A stretch of 32,000 nucleotides of DNA from Acaryochloris thomasi RCC1774 (lineage in GTDB: Bacteria; Cyanobacteriota; Cyanobacteriia; Thermosynechococcales; Thermosynechococcaceae), in assembly GCF_003231495.1 (NCBI RefSeq), contig NZ_PQWO01000034.1, positions 1-32,000 of the forward strand, in the 5' to 3' direction. Made by a program: the position numbers and the translations under genes. This document shows, piece after piece, positions 1 to 9,135 of the stretch (within the stretch, counting starts at the first letter, position 1; each line of letters begins with the position of its first letter). The notes under the pieces were generated by a model. It worked only from the letters and a program-made list of their open reading frames with translations, was not told the origin of the DNA and made no database searches.

Positions 1-192
1 GCTTGCCGTTATGGATGCGACCGTTTTTGACGACCTTTTGAGACCCGCAGCTAGGACAGATTAGGGGTGACATTGTTGAGCATGAACGATTGAGCTACCT
101 CTATCCTTACATCTGGCGGACTACCCAAAAAGTCTCTCAAAAATCGTCGAGGTCACTACTGCTTTCGTACTTTACGTCTTGAGGGCGTACCA

Positions 193-2721
193 TTACAGAC
201 GCTGAGGTTTATCAATACAATATCCTTGTGCAAAGTCAACCCCCATCATTCTTAACTTTTCAAGGGTTTGTTCATCCTCAACACATTCGGCGATCGTCTG
301 AATGCCTAGCTCATGGCTCAGGTGGTTAAAGCACTCCACAATGGCAGAATCTGCCTTGTTATTAACCAACTGCTTCACGAAGCTACCATCAATTTTTAAG
401 TAGTCCACCGGCAAGTTCTTTAGATAGGCCAGAGAACTCATACCGCTGCCGAAATCATCGAGGGCGAACTGACAACCCAACTGCTTTAGAGTCGCTATGA
501 AGTTTGCTGCTTGATGCAGGTTAGAGATGGCTGTTGTTTCTGTAATCTCAAAGCAAATCTGCTGAGGTGGGACTTGATATTGCTCAAGCTGAGTTTTGAG
601 GAAGCCCAGAAAGTCACCTTGATTGATACTCGCGCCAGATAAATTGATGTTGTAGAGCACCTTCCCTCCCAATGCCTGGTCTACCCGAGCCACTTGATGG
701 TACTGAGCACAAAAGTGTTGAACCACCCATCGATCAATCGCAGGCATCAGGTTGTATCGTTCCGCTGCAGGCAAAAAGGCCATCGGCAGAATGACATTGC
801 CTTGAGTATCGAAGAGCCGAAGTAATATTTCACAGTGTCCCGAGTGAGCGTATTCATCGAGCGCTAAAATCTCCTGGCGATACAGGCAAAATCGGCTTTC
901 TTCTAATGCTTGATGAAGTCGTGCCACCCACTGCCTTTCCCCGCGCTGTAGCTCCAACTTTAGATCATGGGTGCGGCAAACATGAACACAGTTGCGACCG
1001 TTGGACTTGGCAACATAGCAAGCAGCATCAGCCGCACTCAGAACCGAAGCTAAGTCGCGGCTGTTGCTATCAATTCCCACTACTCCGATACTGACGCCGA
1101 CCGAAAAGGTTTTATCTTCCCAGGCAAACTGAAAGGCTTGAATCATGGCTCTGAGCGCCTCCGCCAGGGTCTCAGCCTGTTCTAATGAGCACCCTTCGAG
1201 CAGTAATCCAAATTCATCCCCGCCTAGACGAGCTAGGGTATCGGAGGAGCGAATCCGCTGTTGCATAACGGTAGTGATCTGTCTGAGGAGCTGATCACCA
1301 GCCACATGACCACAGGTATCATTAACCACCTTGAACTGGTCTAAATCTAAGTAACACAGAGCATGATGCTGTTCTTTCTCAACTGCAGCGATGGCCGCAG
1401 CTGCTTGTTTCTCAAAGGCACGTCTGTTTACTAATCCAGTTAACGGATCGTGGCTGGCCTGCCACGATAGCTCCTGAGCCATCTGTCGAGCTTCGGTCAC
1501 ATCATGAAAGACCACGACTGCGCCAACAAGCTGACCTTGACGATTGCGGATAGGGGCAGCAGAGTCATCAATCCCGTACTCGGTCCCATCACGGGCAATC
1601 AGTAGTGTGTGCTCAGCCAAATAGACCACCTGGTTCTCTCGTAGGACTTGTTCCACCGGATTGACCACTGGTTCACGAGTCACCTGATGGACAATCTGAA
1701 AGATATCGGTAAACGCTTTTCCCTCAACAGCTTCAATGGACTGTCCCAGGAGCCTTTCTGCCACCGGATTGAGGTATTGGACCCGACCTAAATCATCCGT
1801 CGTTACCACCGCATCACCGATGGACTCCAGCGTAATTTGAGCCAGTTCCTTTTCTTGGAAAAGCTCCTTTTCCAGTTGCTGCCGTTCTTCAATTTCATGC
1901 TTGAGTTCTTGATTTGCTATTTCTAGCTGAGTGGTTCGGTGGCGGACCCGTTGCTCTAGTTGGGCATTGAGTTGCTCTAGTTGTGTATTGAGCTGTTGCA
2001 TCTTAGCCTCAGCCCGCTGCCGTTTAATTAATTCAGCTTGGGCAGTAGTGTAGAGTTCAGCCTGCTGCAGAGCAATGGCCACCTGCACCGCCAGCTTTTC
2101 AACAATATCAATCTCTGCTGATTGCCATTGTCGAGGGGCAGAGGACTGTTGAACGGAGAGCAGACCCCATAGGCGTCTGGTGGGTGTGCCTACTCCTGAG
2201 CTTTGGGAGCGCCAGCCGTTTACGGAAAGGGTATCCTGAGCCTCTTGAATAATGGGCACCACTAGATTAGCTCGAATATTAAGGGACTCCAGCAGAGCAA
2301 CGTGACAGGGAGATAGCTCTCCGGCATAAATATCTGCAGTGGCTTGCACTCGACCGTTGAGGTATTCCCCTGCCCAATCTTCCGCAAAGCAGTGGTCTTC
2401 GATTTTGTGTCCGAGTATTGGAGCTAAGTAATCTGTTACCGACTCTGTAATCACAACACCGCTCCAGTCTGACTCAAAGCGATGAATGATGACTCGCTCC
2501 GCTTCGAGCAGTTGTCGCACTTCTAAGACGGTCGCCTGCAAAATCTCAGAGGGATTAAGAGAGCGGCGAATTCGCAACGCCATCGTAGCGAGCAATCGTT
2601 CTCGTTCAGCTTGGGCCTGCAGTTGAAGAGAGCAGTGATTCTCTTGATCACGGTGGTCAAACGCAGCTTCAGGGAAAGGAGCGGAATTCAACGGATCTGA
2701 GCCTGAGTTTACAGCGTTCAT
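193..2721 (-). CDS. DXCF-type cyanobacteriochrome GAF - coiled coil - PAS - GGDEF - EAL c-di-GMP signalling protein (842 aa)
   Basis: Uninterrupted 842-aa ORF. The N-terminal GAF has DHCF (Cys111) and SPCH (Cys139) 28 residues apart, plus the ANLVVPI, LWGLL and QQAELY blocks typical of bilin-binding CBCR GAF domains. A heptad-rich linker and a PAS domain follow. The GGDEF domain has an RSSD-x5-GGDEF I-site. The EAL domain has EILLR, NINLS, EITET, DDFGSG, KIDGS, AECVE and QGY. Confidence 0.9.
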   Translation of the reverse strand: MNAVNSGSDPLNSAPFPEAAFDHRDQENHCSLQLQAQAERERLLATMALRIRRSLNPSEILQATVLEVRQLLEAERVIIHRFESDWSGVVITESVTDYLAPILGHKIEDHCFAEDWAGEYLNGRVQATADIYAGELSPCHVALLESLNIRANLVVPIIQEAQDTLSVNGWRSQSSGVGTPTRRLWGLLSVQQSSAPRQWQSAEIDIVEKLAVQVAIALQQAELYTTAQAELIKRQRAEAKMQQLNTQLEQLNAQLEQRVRHRTTQLEIANQELKHEIEERQQLEKELFQEKELAQITLESIGDAVVTTDDLGRVQYLNPVAERLLGQSIEAVEGKAFTDIFQIVHQVTREPVVNPVEQVLRENQVVYLAEHTLLIARDGTEYGIDDSAAPIRNRQGQLVGAVVVFHDVTEARQMAQELSWQASHDPLTGLVNRRAFEKQAAAAIAAVEKEQHHALCYLDLDQFKVVNDTCGHVAGDQLLRQITTVMQQRIRSSDTLARLGGDEFGLLLEGCSLEQAETLAEALRAMIQAFQFAWEDKTFSVGVSIGVVGIDSNSRDLASVLSAADAACYVAKSNGRNCVHVCRTHDLKLELQRGERQWVARLHQALEESRFCLYRQEILALDEYAHSGHCEILLRLFDTQGNVILPMAFLPAAERYNLMPAIDRWVVQHFCAQYHQVARVDQALGGKVLYNINLSGASINQGDFLGFLKTQLEQYQVPPQQICFEITETTAISNLHQAANFIATLKQLGCQFALDDFGSGMSSLAYLKNLPVDYLKIDGSFVKQLVNNKADSAIVECFNHLSHELGIQTIAECVEDEQTLEKLRMMGVDFAQGYCIDKPQRL

Positions 2722-3150
2722 CTGTTAGTACCAATATGAAAATAAAGAAAGAATTAAATATTGTTGCTGCTCCCACGCTTAGACTGCCCAGGCGACTAGC
2801 AAGATTTCCGATTCAGTTTCAAACCTTCACTTTGCTTTAAATTAAGAATTTTTGTTTGCAAAATGAAATTTATCTTAAATGTTCAGTGCGATGGCTAATT
2901 ATGACTTTTAACTTAGGAAAAAATAACCGTAATAATACGGTTGACTTACATTGAACCGATTTATCTAGAACTTTCCTGAGAAAGGCTTTTATCACCGCAA
3001 GGCAGAAGATGGATGTCAAAACCAACAGTATGCTTGGGTACGCTAACTTCGAAAGCTCTACTTTTCTGAAATTTGCCTGTTCTTACGGTTGGCAAAGTTG
3101 ATTGTTCAGGATAAAGCTGAGAACTGGTTTTAGGCACTGACACATTCTCA

Positions 3151-5667
3151 ATGCAAAACCCTCGGTATCATTTATTGGCCCTTGAACAAATTCAGCGGCC
3201 TAGAGAGATAATTTCCTTAGATAGCGCCACGTACACTATTGGGCGACATCAGGCTAATGCGATTGTCATAGACTCAAAAACGGTTTCTCGACATCATGCC
3301 CTGTTGCTGCGGATCTGCAATGCCAAAACAAGAGAGCACTCGTTTCGGATTATTGATGGTGACTTAAATCACAAACCAAGTCGAAATGGTATGTGGGTGA
3401 ACGGAAATCGATGCTTCTGCCACGATCTCCAAGACCAAGACGTGATTTCGTTTGGTGATCAGGTGCAAATTACGTACTATGTATCGACTAGCCTCCAAGA
3501 CCCCAGATTACAGGACGGTGAAGACCTTTCCAGCTTGACGGTCCCTGTTTTGAATTCTGACTTGCTGCCCAAGCAGGCGCTCATGGCCAAGGAAACCGCC
3601 AGTGGCTCGGTTCAGGTCCGGCATCAGATCGCAACAGAGTCTGAATATCCCACTGAAACAGCCATTGCCCGTCTCGCCTCTTTCCCTGAACTCAATCCCA
3701 ACCCCATTATCGAGGTCAATCTTCAGAGCGAGATTACCTATGTCAATTCGGCTACAGCTCTCCATTTCCCAGGGCTGTTGGAAGCTAATAATGACCACCC
3801 TTTGCTTACTGGACTTCTTGATACTCTGCTCCAGGGCCGCAAACGCTACGCCATCCGAGAAGTGCAAGTGGGAGAGCGCGTCTATGAGCAAACCATTCAC
3901 TGCATTCTACAAAGCCAGCTCATTCGGAGCTATTTGACAGATATTACGGGGCGCAAACAGGCAGAGCAACAGTTGCAGGTCAGTAATGAGCGCTATGAAG
4001 CAGCAGCTAGGGGGGCGAACGACGGTCTGTGGGACTGGGATTTGCAGACGAATACTATTTACTTCTCCAGCCGTTGGAAAACGATGCTCGGGTACGAAGA
4101 GCAGGCAATGGGGACCAATCCAGAGAGCTGGTTCGAGATCATCCATCCTGACGACCAGGAGCAGGTCCAACAAGCCCTATCGGCTCACCTCAGTGGTCAG
4201 ACGGTGCAGTTTGCCTGTGACTACCGCATTTGCCATCAAGATGGCAGCTATCGCTGGATGCGCTGTCGCGGTTTAGCACTCTGGGACGCCCAAAGACACC
4301 CCTACCGCATCGCTGGTTCTCAAACTGATGTCAATGACTACTATCTATCTAGAGAGCAGCTCATTCACGACGCTTTTCATGATCCAATGACGGGCCTGCC
4401 GAATCGAGCATTGTTTTTGGACCGTCTCGGACAGACCTTGCAGAAGTTCAAGCGACTTCGAGACTATCGCTTTGCTGTCTTATTTCTGGACTTAGACCGC
4501 TTCAAAGTCGTCAATGATAGCTTGGGACATTTGGCTGGTGATCAACTGTTGATTGAGACCGCTCACCGTCTCCAGCATTGTCTGAGAGCTGGCGACACTA
4601 TCGCCCGTTTAGGCGGAGATGAGTTTGCGATTCTTCTAGACGCTATAGAAAATGATGACACCGCCATTCAAATCGCAGACAGAATGCTGCAGGCCCTGAG
4701 TCGTAAAGTTCGCATTCATGAGCAGGATGTCTTTACGGGGGCCAGTATCGGGATCGTAGTCAACACGACTGAGTATCAACGTTCAGATGAATTGCTCCGG
4801 GATGCTGATATTGCCATGTATCGGGCGAAAGCATTGGGTAAAAATCGCTACGAGTTTTTTAGCGATAGGATGCGGGTACAGGCGCTCCATTCCCTGCAGC
4901 TAGAAAGTGATCTAAAACAGGCCATTGAACATCGTGAGTTTCAATTGGTATATCAACCCATCGTCTCTCTGTTAACCCATCGCATTGTCGGCTTTGAAGC
5001 CCTCCTGCGCTGGCATCATCCCAGCAGAGGGGTGGTGTCACCGTCAGAGTTTATTCCGTTTGCTGAGGAAACCGGACTCATGACGGCAATCAGTTGGTGG
5101 GTGCTGCGAGAGGCTTGCCACCAGATGCATCTTTTGCAGGCGCAGTTCTCTCACAAGACTCTCAACATCCATGTCAACGTCTCTAACCAGCAATTCCACC
5201 AACCTAATTTTATTGAACAAGTTCAGCAAACTTTACGAGAAACAAACTTAAGAAACAACAGCCTGAAGCTGGAAATTACTGAAAGTGTCATCATGAAAGA
5301 TGCTATACGACTGGCTGATAAATTTGCTCAACTCCAGACTTTAGGTGTCCGACTCGGGTTAGATGATTTTGGCACTGGCTATTCTTCATTGAGTTACCTG
5401 AGCCAGTTGCCCTTAGATACTTTGAAGGTTGATCGCTCATTTGTAGCTCAGCTTGATCAAAGCAGCGGTCAGGAAATCACTCAGGCGATAGTTACGTTGG
5501 CCCATAATTTGCACATGGAGGTCATCGCTGAAGGAATCGAGACAGAATCGCAAGCTCAATTTCTACGGGCGATTGATTGTAGATATGGTCAAGGGTATTT
5601 GTTCTCTAAGCCAGTTGCTCCTGATGCGATGCCAGCTTTGTTGTCTCAGGACACGCTTCTCAGCTAG
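3151..5667 (+). CDS. FHA - PAS - PAS - GGDEF - EAL c-di-GMP signalling protein (838 aa)
   Basis: 838-aa ORF with ATG start. The N-terminal FHA signature is GRHQANAIVIDSKTVSRHHALL ... SRNGMWVNG ... ISFGD. PAS/PAC region: GLWDWDL..IYFSSRWKTMLGY. GGDEF with an RAGD-x5-GGDEF I-site. EAL with YQPI..FEALLRW, NVSN, EITES, DDFGTGYSS, KVDRSF, AEGIE and GQGY. Confidence 0.9.
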   Translation: MQNPRYHLLALEQIQRPREIISLDSATYTIGRHQANAIVIDSKTVSRHHALLLRICNAKTREHSFRIIDGDLNHKPSRNGMWVNGNRCFCHDLQDQDVISFGDQVQITYYVSTSLQDPRLQDGEDLSSLTVPVLNSDLLPKQALMAKETASGSVQVRHQIATESEYPTETAIARLASFPELNPNPIIEVNLQSEITYVNSATALHFPGLLEANNDHPLLTGLLDTLLQGRKRYAIREVQVGERVYEQTIHCILQSQLIRSYLTDITGRKQAEQQLQVSNERYEAAARGANDGLWDWDLQTNTIYFSSRWKTMLGYEEQAMGTNPESWFEIIHPDDQEQVQQALSAHLSGQTVQFACDYRICHQDGSYRWMRCRGLALWDAQRHPYRIAGSQTDVNDYYLSREQLIHDAFHDPMTGLPNRALFLDRLGQTLQKFKRLRDYRFAVLFLDLDRFKVVNDSLGHLAGDQLLIETAHRLQHCLRAGDTIARLGGDEFAILLDAIENDDTAIQIADRMLQALSRKVRIHEQDVFTGASIGIVVNTTEYQRSDELLRDADIAMYRAKALGKNRYEFFSDRMRVQALHSLQLESDLKQAIEHREFQLVYQPIVSLLTHRIVGFEALLRWHHPSRGVVSPSEFIPFAEETGLMTAISWWVLREACHQMHLLQAQFSHKTLNIHVNVSNQQFHQPNFIEQVQQTLRETNLRNNSLKLEITESVIMKDAIRLADKFAQLQTLGVRLGLDDFGTGYSSLSYLSQLPLDTLKVDRSFVAQLDQSSGQEITQAIVTLAHNLHMEVIAEGIETESQAQFLRAIDCRYGQGYLFSKPVAPDAMPALLSQDTLLS

Positions 5668-5689
5668 GGAATAGGTCAAATTGCGAATT

Positions 5690-5959
5690 TCAGCTTTTTG
5701 CTTGTTCTTTAAACGCTTTCACAGCAATGAACCCTGGCACTATCGTCTCTACAATTTTCAGCTTCTTCCCCGTCTGAGAATTACGCTCCTCTCTGGCAGC
5801 GAGATCGCTGGGTGCAAAACTTCTAAACTTCATCAGTGTTACTTTATCGCTACCGTCCAGAATCTCTACGATGGTGGTGGATGTCAGGATATCTTCAGCC
5901 TGCTTTTTGGTGACGTTGGATTTATCTTCGATCTCGTCTACTAATTCTGCTTTGTTCAT
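5690..5959 (-). CDS. Divergent HU/IHF-family DNA-binding protein (89 aa)
   Basis: MNKAELVDEI..VTKKQAEDIL..DKVTL...REERNSQTGKKLKI matches the HU fold pattern. The canonical GFGSF is KFRSF here, and RNP-x-TG is RNSQTG. Confidence 0.8.
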   Translation of the reverse strand: MNKAELVDEIEDKSNVTKKQAEDILTSTTIVEILDGSDKVTLMKFRSFAPSDLAAREERNSQTGKKLKIVETIVPGFIAVKAFKEQAKS

Positions 5960-6106
5960 GGGAAATCCTCATAATGCTGATATCTGGCGGCATCCTAGCG
6001 TTTAAGAGCGGGTCTGCCAGTCGAAGCTAACAAAAGTATTTTTATCACCCCGAATTTTCATAAATGGCTGATATGCTGTCGCCATCTGAAATATACGGGG
6101 GGAATC

Positions 6107-6676
6107 GTGACCAACATTTTAGAGATCAGACCAAAGCTCAAACATAATCGTGAACAGCGAATCATCGAGCGGCGTTCTGAGCCTGCCTCTGTTGCCCCAA
6201 CAAAACCCGTAGCAAAGTGCTCTTCTCCCCGAACGTCCACGAGAAGACGACTGCCTAGAGCAGATTCGAGACGCTCGGATAAGCTGCAGAAATTCAAGCC
6301 GCACTCAAGCCTGGAAATGCTCAAGCAATCAGTTCCGCTGGCGAGTCATGAGTTCCAACTGTCTCAGCAGCTTTATGTGCAGCAATTTGGACGGAAGATT
6401 GCACTGCCAGCCCAGTGTGTCGGGAGTCTTGCCGTGGTCTGGCGCGAGGAGGGCCAGGGTTATCAGTTGTTCTCCTGGGAGTTGCGATCTCCCTTGTCCT
6501 CGCTATTGTTCGAGACTCGGGAGTACTGCTGTGAGGCAGCAGTAGAGCTGGGGGATTTGTTTGATGTTGATGCTGCCTTAGCCGAGCCGTGTTTTGGGAT
6601 AAGCGAAAAGATTGAGGAACTGATCAATACTCACTTACACCGAGAGCTAATTGCCCTTTCGTTTCAAGCAGCATGA
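6107..6676 (+). CDS. Hypothetical protein with a basic, disordered N-terminus
   Basis: 189-aa ORF opening at GTG 6107. The R/S/P-rich first ~70 aa are overlapped by antisense ORFs. A shorter version starting at ATG 6317 (119 aa) is equally possible. No recognisable motif. Confidence 0.45.
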   Translation: MTNILEIRPKLKHNREQRIIERRSEPASVAPTKPVAKCSSPRTSTRRRLPRADSRRSDKLQKFKPHSSLEMLKQSVPLASHEFQLSQQLYVQQFGRKIALPAQCVGSLAVVWREEGQGYQLFSWELRSPLSSLLFETREYCCEAAVELGDLFDVDAALAEPCFGISEKIEELINTHLHRELIALSFQAA

Positions 6677-6821
6677 AGTTTTTGACGATCCATGTGGATC
6701 AATATAGCTCTGAACCCGATAGCTGGAGACCTTTCCTCGCTGGAGTTTGCATCATTTTCTTTGTCTGTGCCTTCGGTCTGGCTTGGTGGAGCGATCGCAA
6801 AGCAGGTCGGCATTGGTTTAC

Positions 6822-7745
6822 ATGGACGTGAACCAAGCTGACTGTAATTTCCTTCCTGCCTCTGCTTCAGAGATTCAAGATAGCGCAGCCCAAACCCTGC
6901 TCCAGCAGATCCGGCGTCAACCCATCGAAATCTGCACAGACCTTGGGAAAGTCAACATTCCAACAGCCTTTGCTTGCACCGAGCCAGCCTCGATTCCAAG
7001 CCCTCAACGCTTAAGCCCCATGCTTTGCCTGCCGGGATTCGACAGCTCCCTGCTGGAGTATCGGTATCTGCTGCCGCTCCTGGCAGGTCAACAGCAGTGC
7101 TGGGCAGTCGATTGGTATGGTTGTGGCTTTACGGCTTACAATCCTCGACTCACCGTTCATCCTGTTCACATTCGGCAACACCTATTCACCATAATCCGCC
7201 GCTGGATTGGTCAGCCTGTCATGCTAATAGGAGCCTCCCTTGGTGGCGCTGTGGCCCTTGACTTTGCGCTACATCATCCAGAATTTGTAAAGGCGCTAGT
7301 GCTCCTTGACAGTGTGGGTTTCTCTGGTCATTTTCCACTGGGAGCATCCTGTCCTTCGGCAATATTGGAAGTGGGGGCTGACTGGTTACACCTTCGCAAG
7401 CAAATGACTCTTACTGCTGCCCTAGCCCTGTCGATGCCGTCACTTGTCGTTGAGGGACTACGATGTGCTCAACTTCATCAACAGATGCCAGGGTGGAAGA
7501 ATGCGATCACGACCTTTTGTCAGAGTGGTGGGTATGCTGACCTTTCTTCTCGCATAGGCGAAGTGAGCCAGCCGACCCTTTTACTGTGGGGCGTATCTGA
7601 TGATGTCCTTGGCACAGGCGATGCCCTTCGTTTTAGACAGGCGATACCTGAAAGTCAATTGGTTTGGGTCTCTCAAGCTGGTCATGCTCCCCATATTGAG
7701 CAGCCCCACACGGTCGCCAAGCATCTACTTTCGTTTGCCACATGA
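6822..7745 (+). CDS. Alpha/beta-fold hydrolase
   Basis: GASLGG nucleophile elbow (G-x-S-x-G), LLDSVG acid-residue region and GHAPHIEQP histidine motif. The ORF opens at TTG 6747; the first ATG is 6822. Confidence 0.85.
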   Translation: MDVNQADCNFLPASASEIQDSAAQTLLQQIRRQPIEICTDLGKVNIPTAFACTEPASIPSPQRLSPMLCLPGFDSSLLEYRYLLPLLAGQQQCWAVDWYGCGFTAYNPRLTVHPVHIRQHLFTIIRRWIGQPVMLIGASLGGAVALDFALHHPEFVKALVLLDSVGFSGHFPLGASCPSAILEVGADWLHLRKQMTLTAALALSMPSLVVEGLRCAQLHQQMPGWKNAITTFCQSGGYADLSSRIGEVSQPTLLLWGVSDDVLGTGDALRFRQAIPESQLVWVSQAGHAPHIEQPHTVAKHLLSFAT

Positions 7746-7766
7746 CCCGTTTCTTGATTGATCATC

Positions 7767-8597
7767 ATGCGACTTTCCCAAGCCCTCCATACCGCCGCTC
7801 GACATTATTGCCAAAGGCAGTCGAGCTACTGGGATCAGTACTCGAACAAGTTGAGCCAAACAAAGCCTCGTCCCAGCAATTACCAGCAGGTGTTGCTAGA
7901 TGGCTATGCCCGCTCCAACGTGCTTAGAGTAATCTGTATCGCAATAGAGCAACTGAACCCGGATGAACTCAATGATCTAGAACAGACGAGAGATTGCATC
8001 TCGCAGATAGGCAGAGTTGCACAAGAACCTCGGCTACGTCCAAATATGGGGCAAACTACAGAGCCTGAAGTTTCTCTACTCGATTTTGGTGTGTGTTCAG
8101 ACGATGCGATTTCACACGAGCGGGAAGCATTTTGCAATTACGTTGAAGAACTTTCAGAATCCCACCTGAAATCTATTGAGCCGCTACCTTACCAGCGGGT
8201 GCTGTCCCCAGCCGAATCCAGCAATATTTGGCATCAACTGCGTGACCGTTGGCGAGTCGTTGGTCCGTATTGGTATCCATTAAGCAATCGTCGGTTGCCC
8301 GGTATCGCAGCATTTGACGCAGATGCCTTCGAGGAATTTTGTACCTCCTTTAGTCTGATTGATTTATTGGCCTCTCGCGAGATTACCCGAATTTTGGAGC
8401 TGCGCGAATATGGAATTGAATACGAACAGGACGTCTCTCTATTTGACCCTGTGTACAGCAACTATGAAGGCTATTGGGTCTCTGATGGCTTTGATTGGAT
8501 TATCTATGCCTCCCACGAATGCTCAGTAACCCTGGGAGGTTGGTTGTTAAAGGAAGTGAAGGCCCAATGGCAAGATTGGGAACAACACGCATGGTGA
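7767..8597 (+). CDS. Hypothetical protein (about 276 aa)
   Basis: The long ORF follows the hydrolase stop (7743-7745) by about 20 nt on the same strand. TTG at 7758 or ATG at 7767 could be the start. No motif I recognise. Confidence 0.6.
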   Translation: MRLSQALHTAARHYCQRQSSYWDQYSNKLSQTKPRPSNYQQVLLDGYARSNVLRVICIAIEQLNPDELNDLEQTRDCISQIGRVAQEPRLRPNMGQTTEPEVSLLDFGVCSDDAISHEREAFCNYVEELSESHLKSIEPLPYQRVLSPAESSNIWHQLRDRWRVVGPYWYPLSNRRLPGIAAFDADAFEEFCTSFSLIDLLASREITRILELREYGIEYEQDVSLFDPVYSNYEGYWVSDGFDWIIYASHECSVTLGGWLLKEVKAQWQDWEQHAW

Positions 8598-8603
8598 ACC
8601 CAA

Positions 8604-8930
8604 ATGTTCCACCGCATCAGTCAGTGCCACACTTGCATCTATCATGCCCGTAGCCTCTATCTGGGCTATGACCCCGACTCTACAGAAGCTGACTATGTTG
8701 CGATCTCGGAAGTAGCGAAAGACGGACTGTGGGCACCTAAAGCCTGGGCGTTTGAGGGCTGGGGAATTGCTGTCGGTGGCCGCAAGCTACCTACCGCAGT
8801 ACGACGTTAGCCATCCGATCGTTACCGGGCGTTATTGTCTGTGTGGCGATATGTTTGTCTTAGGAATCTGCCTGTGCTGCATTGGGATTGTCCAAATGCT
8901 GAGTGCGGCTGGAAGGATGACAGTATCTGA
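8604..8930 (+). pseudogene. Decayed copy of a small Cys-rich (double CxxC) protein; paralog of 23977-24300
   Basis: The N-terminus (MFHRISQCHTCIYH..ADYV..WAFE) and C-terminus (HWDCPNAECGWKDDSI*) are in the frame of 8604. The homologous middle (AGELLSVAASYLPQYDVSHPIVTGRYCLCG) is in the frame of 8752. An in-frame TAG lies at 8808-8810. Several Cys positions present in the partner copy are lost. Confidence 0.55.
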
Positions 8931-8964
8931 GGGAATGCTATTGCTGATTTGATTGTTCAGAAGC

Positions 8965-9135
8965 TCAGTGGTCAGAATCTAGGGTGCTGGCCCAATCATC
9001 TAGCCCACAGTTATCACAGGTTAACCAGTAGCCATTGGCGTAGGAATTCTGAATAGTTAAGTGGTCAGAGTTGCAGGCAGGGCAAGTCTCTGTTTGTGAG
9101 GTAGCGCTATGCTTCTGTACCTGGAGTATGTGCAT
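8965..9135 (-). CDS. Possible 56-aa zinc-ribbon protein (below the ORF-track size cutoff)
   Basis: Hand translation: ATG..MHILQVQKHSATSQTETCPACNSDHLTIQNSYANGYWLTCDNCGLDDWASTLDSDH*. The CPAC-x18-CDNC spacing is typical of a zinc ribbon. No other support. Confidence 0.35.
   Translation of the reverse strand: MHILQVQKHSATSQTETCPACNSDHLTIQNSYANGYWLTCDNCGLDDWASTLDSDH

Noticed and set aside
1-64. Possible 3' end of a plus-strand gene entering from the left (…LAVMDATVFDDLLRPAARTD*)
   Set aside because: Only 20 codons are visible, which is too short to support a call.
2961-3143. 60-aa minus-strand ORF in the divergent spacer
   Set aside because: It sits in an AT-rich promoter region and has no recognisable features, so it is most likely chance. 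I also looked here for a GEMM-type c-di-GMP riboswitch and saw nothing resembling it.
906-5229. Short ORFs nested in or antisense to the two GGDEF-EAL genes (906-1094, 3508-3900, 3602-3937, 3907-4173, 3986-4276, 4859-5041, 5044-5229)
   Set aside because: All lie entirely inside long ORFs with strong domain evidence. They have no motifs and have skewed, low-complexity composition, so they are frame shadows.
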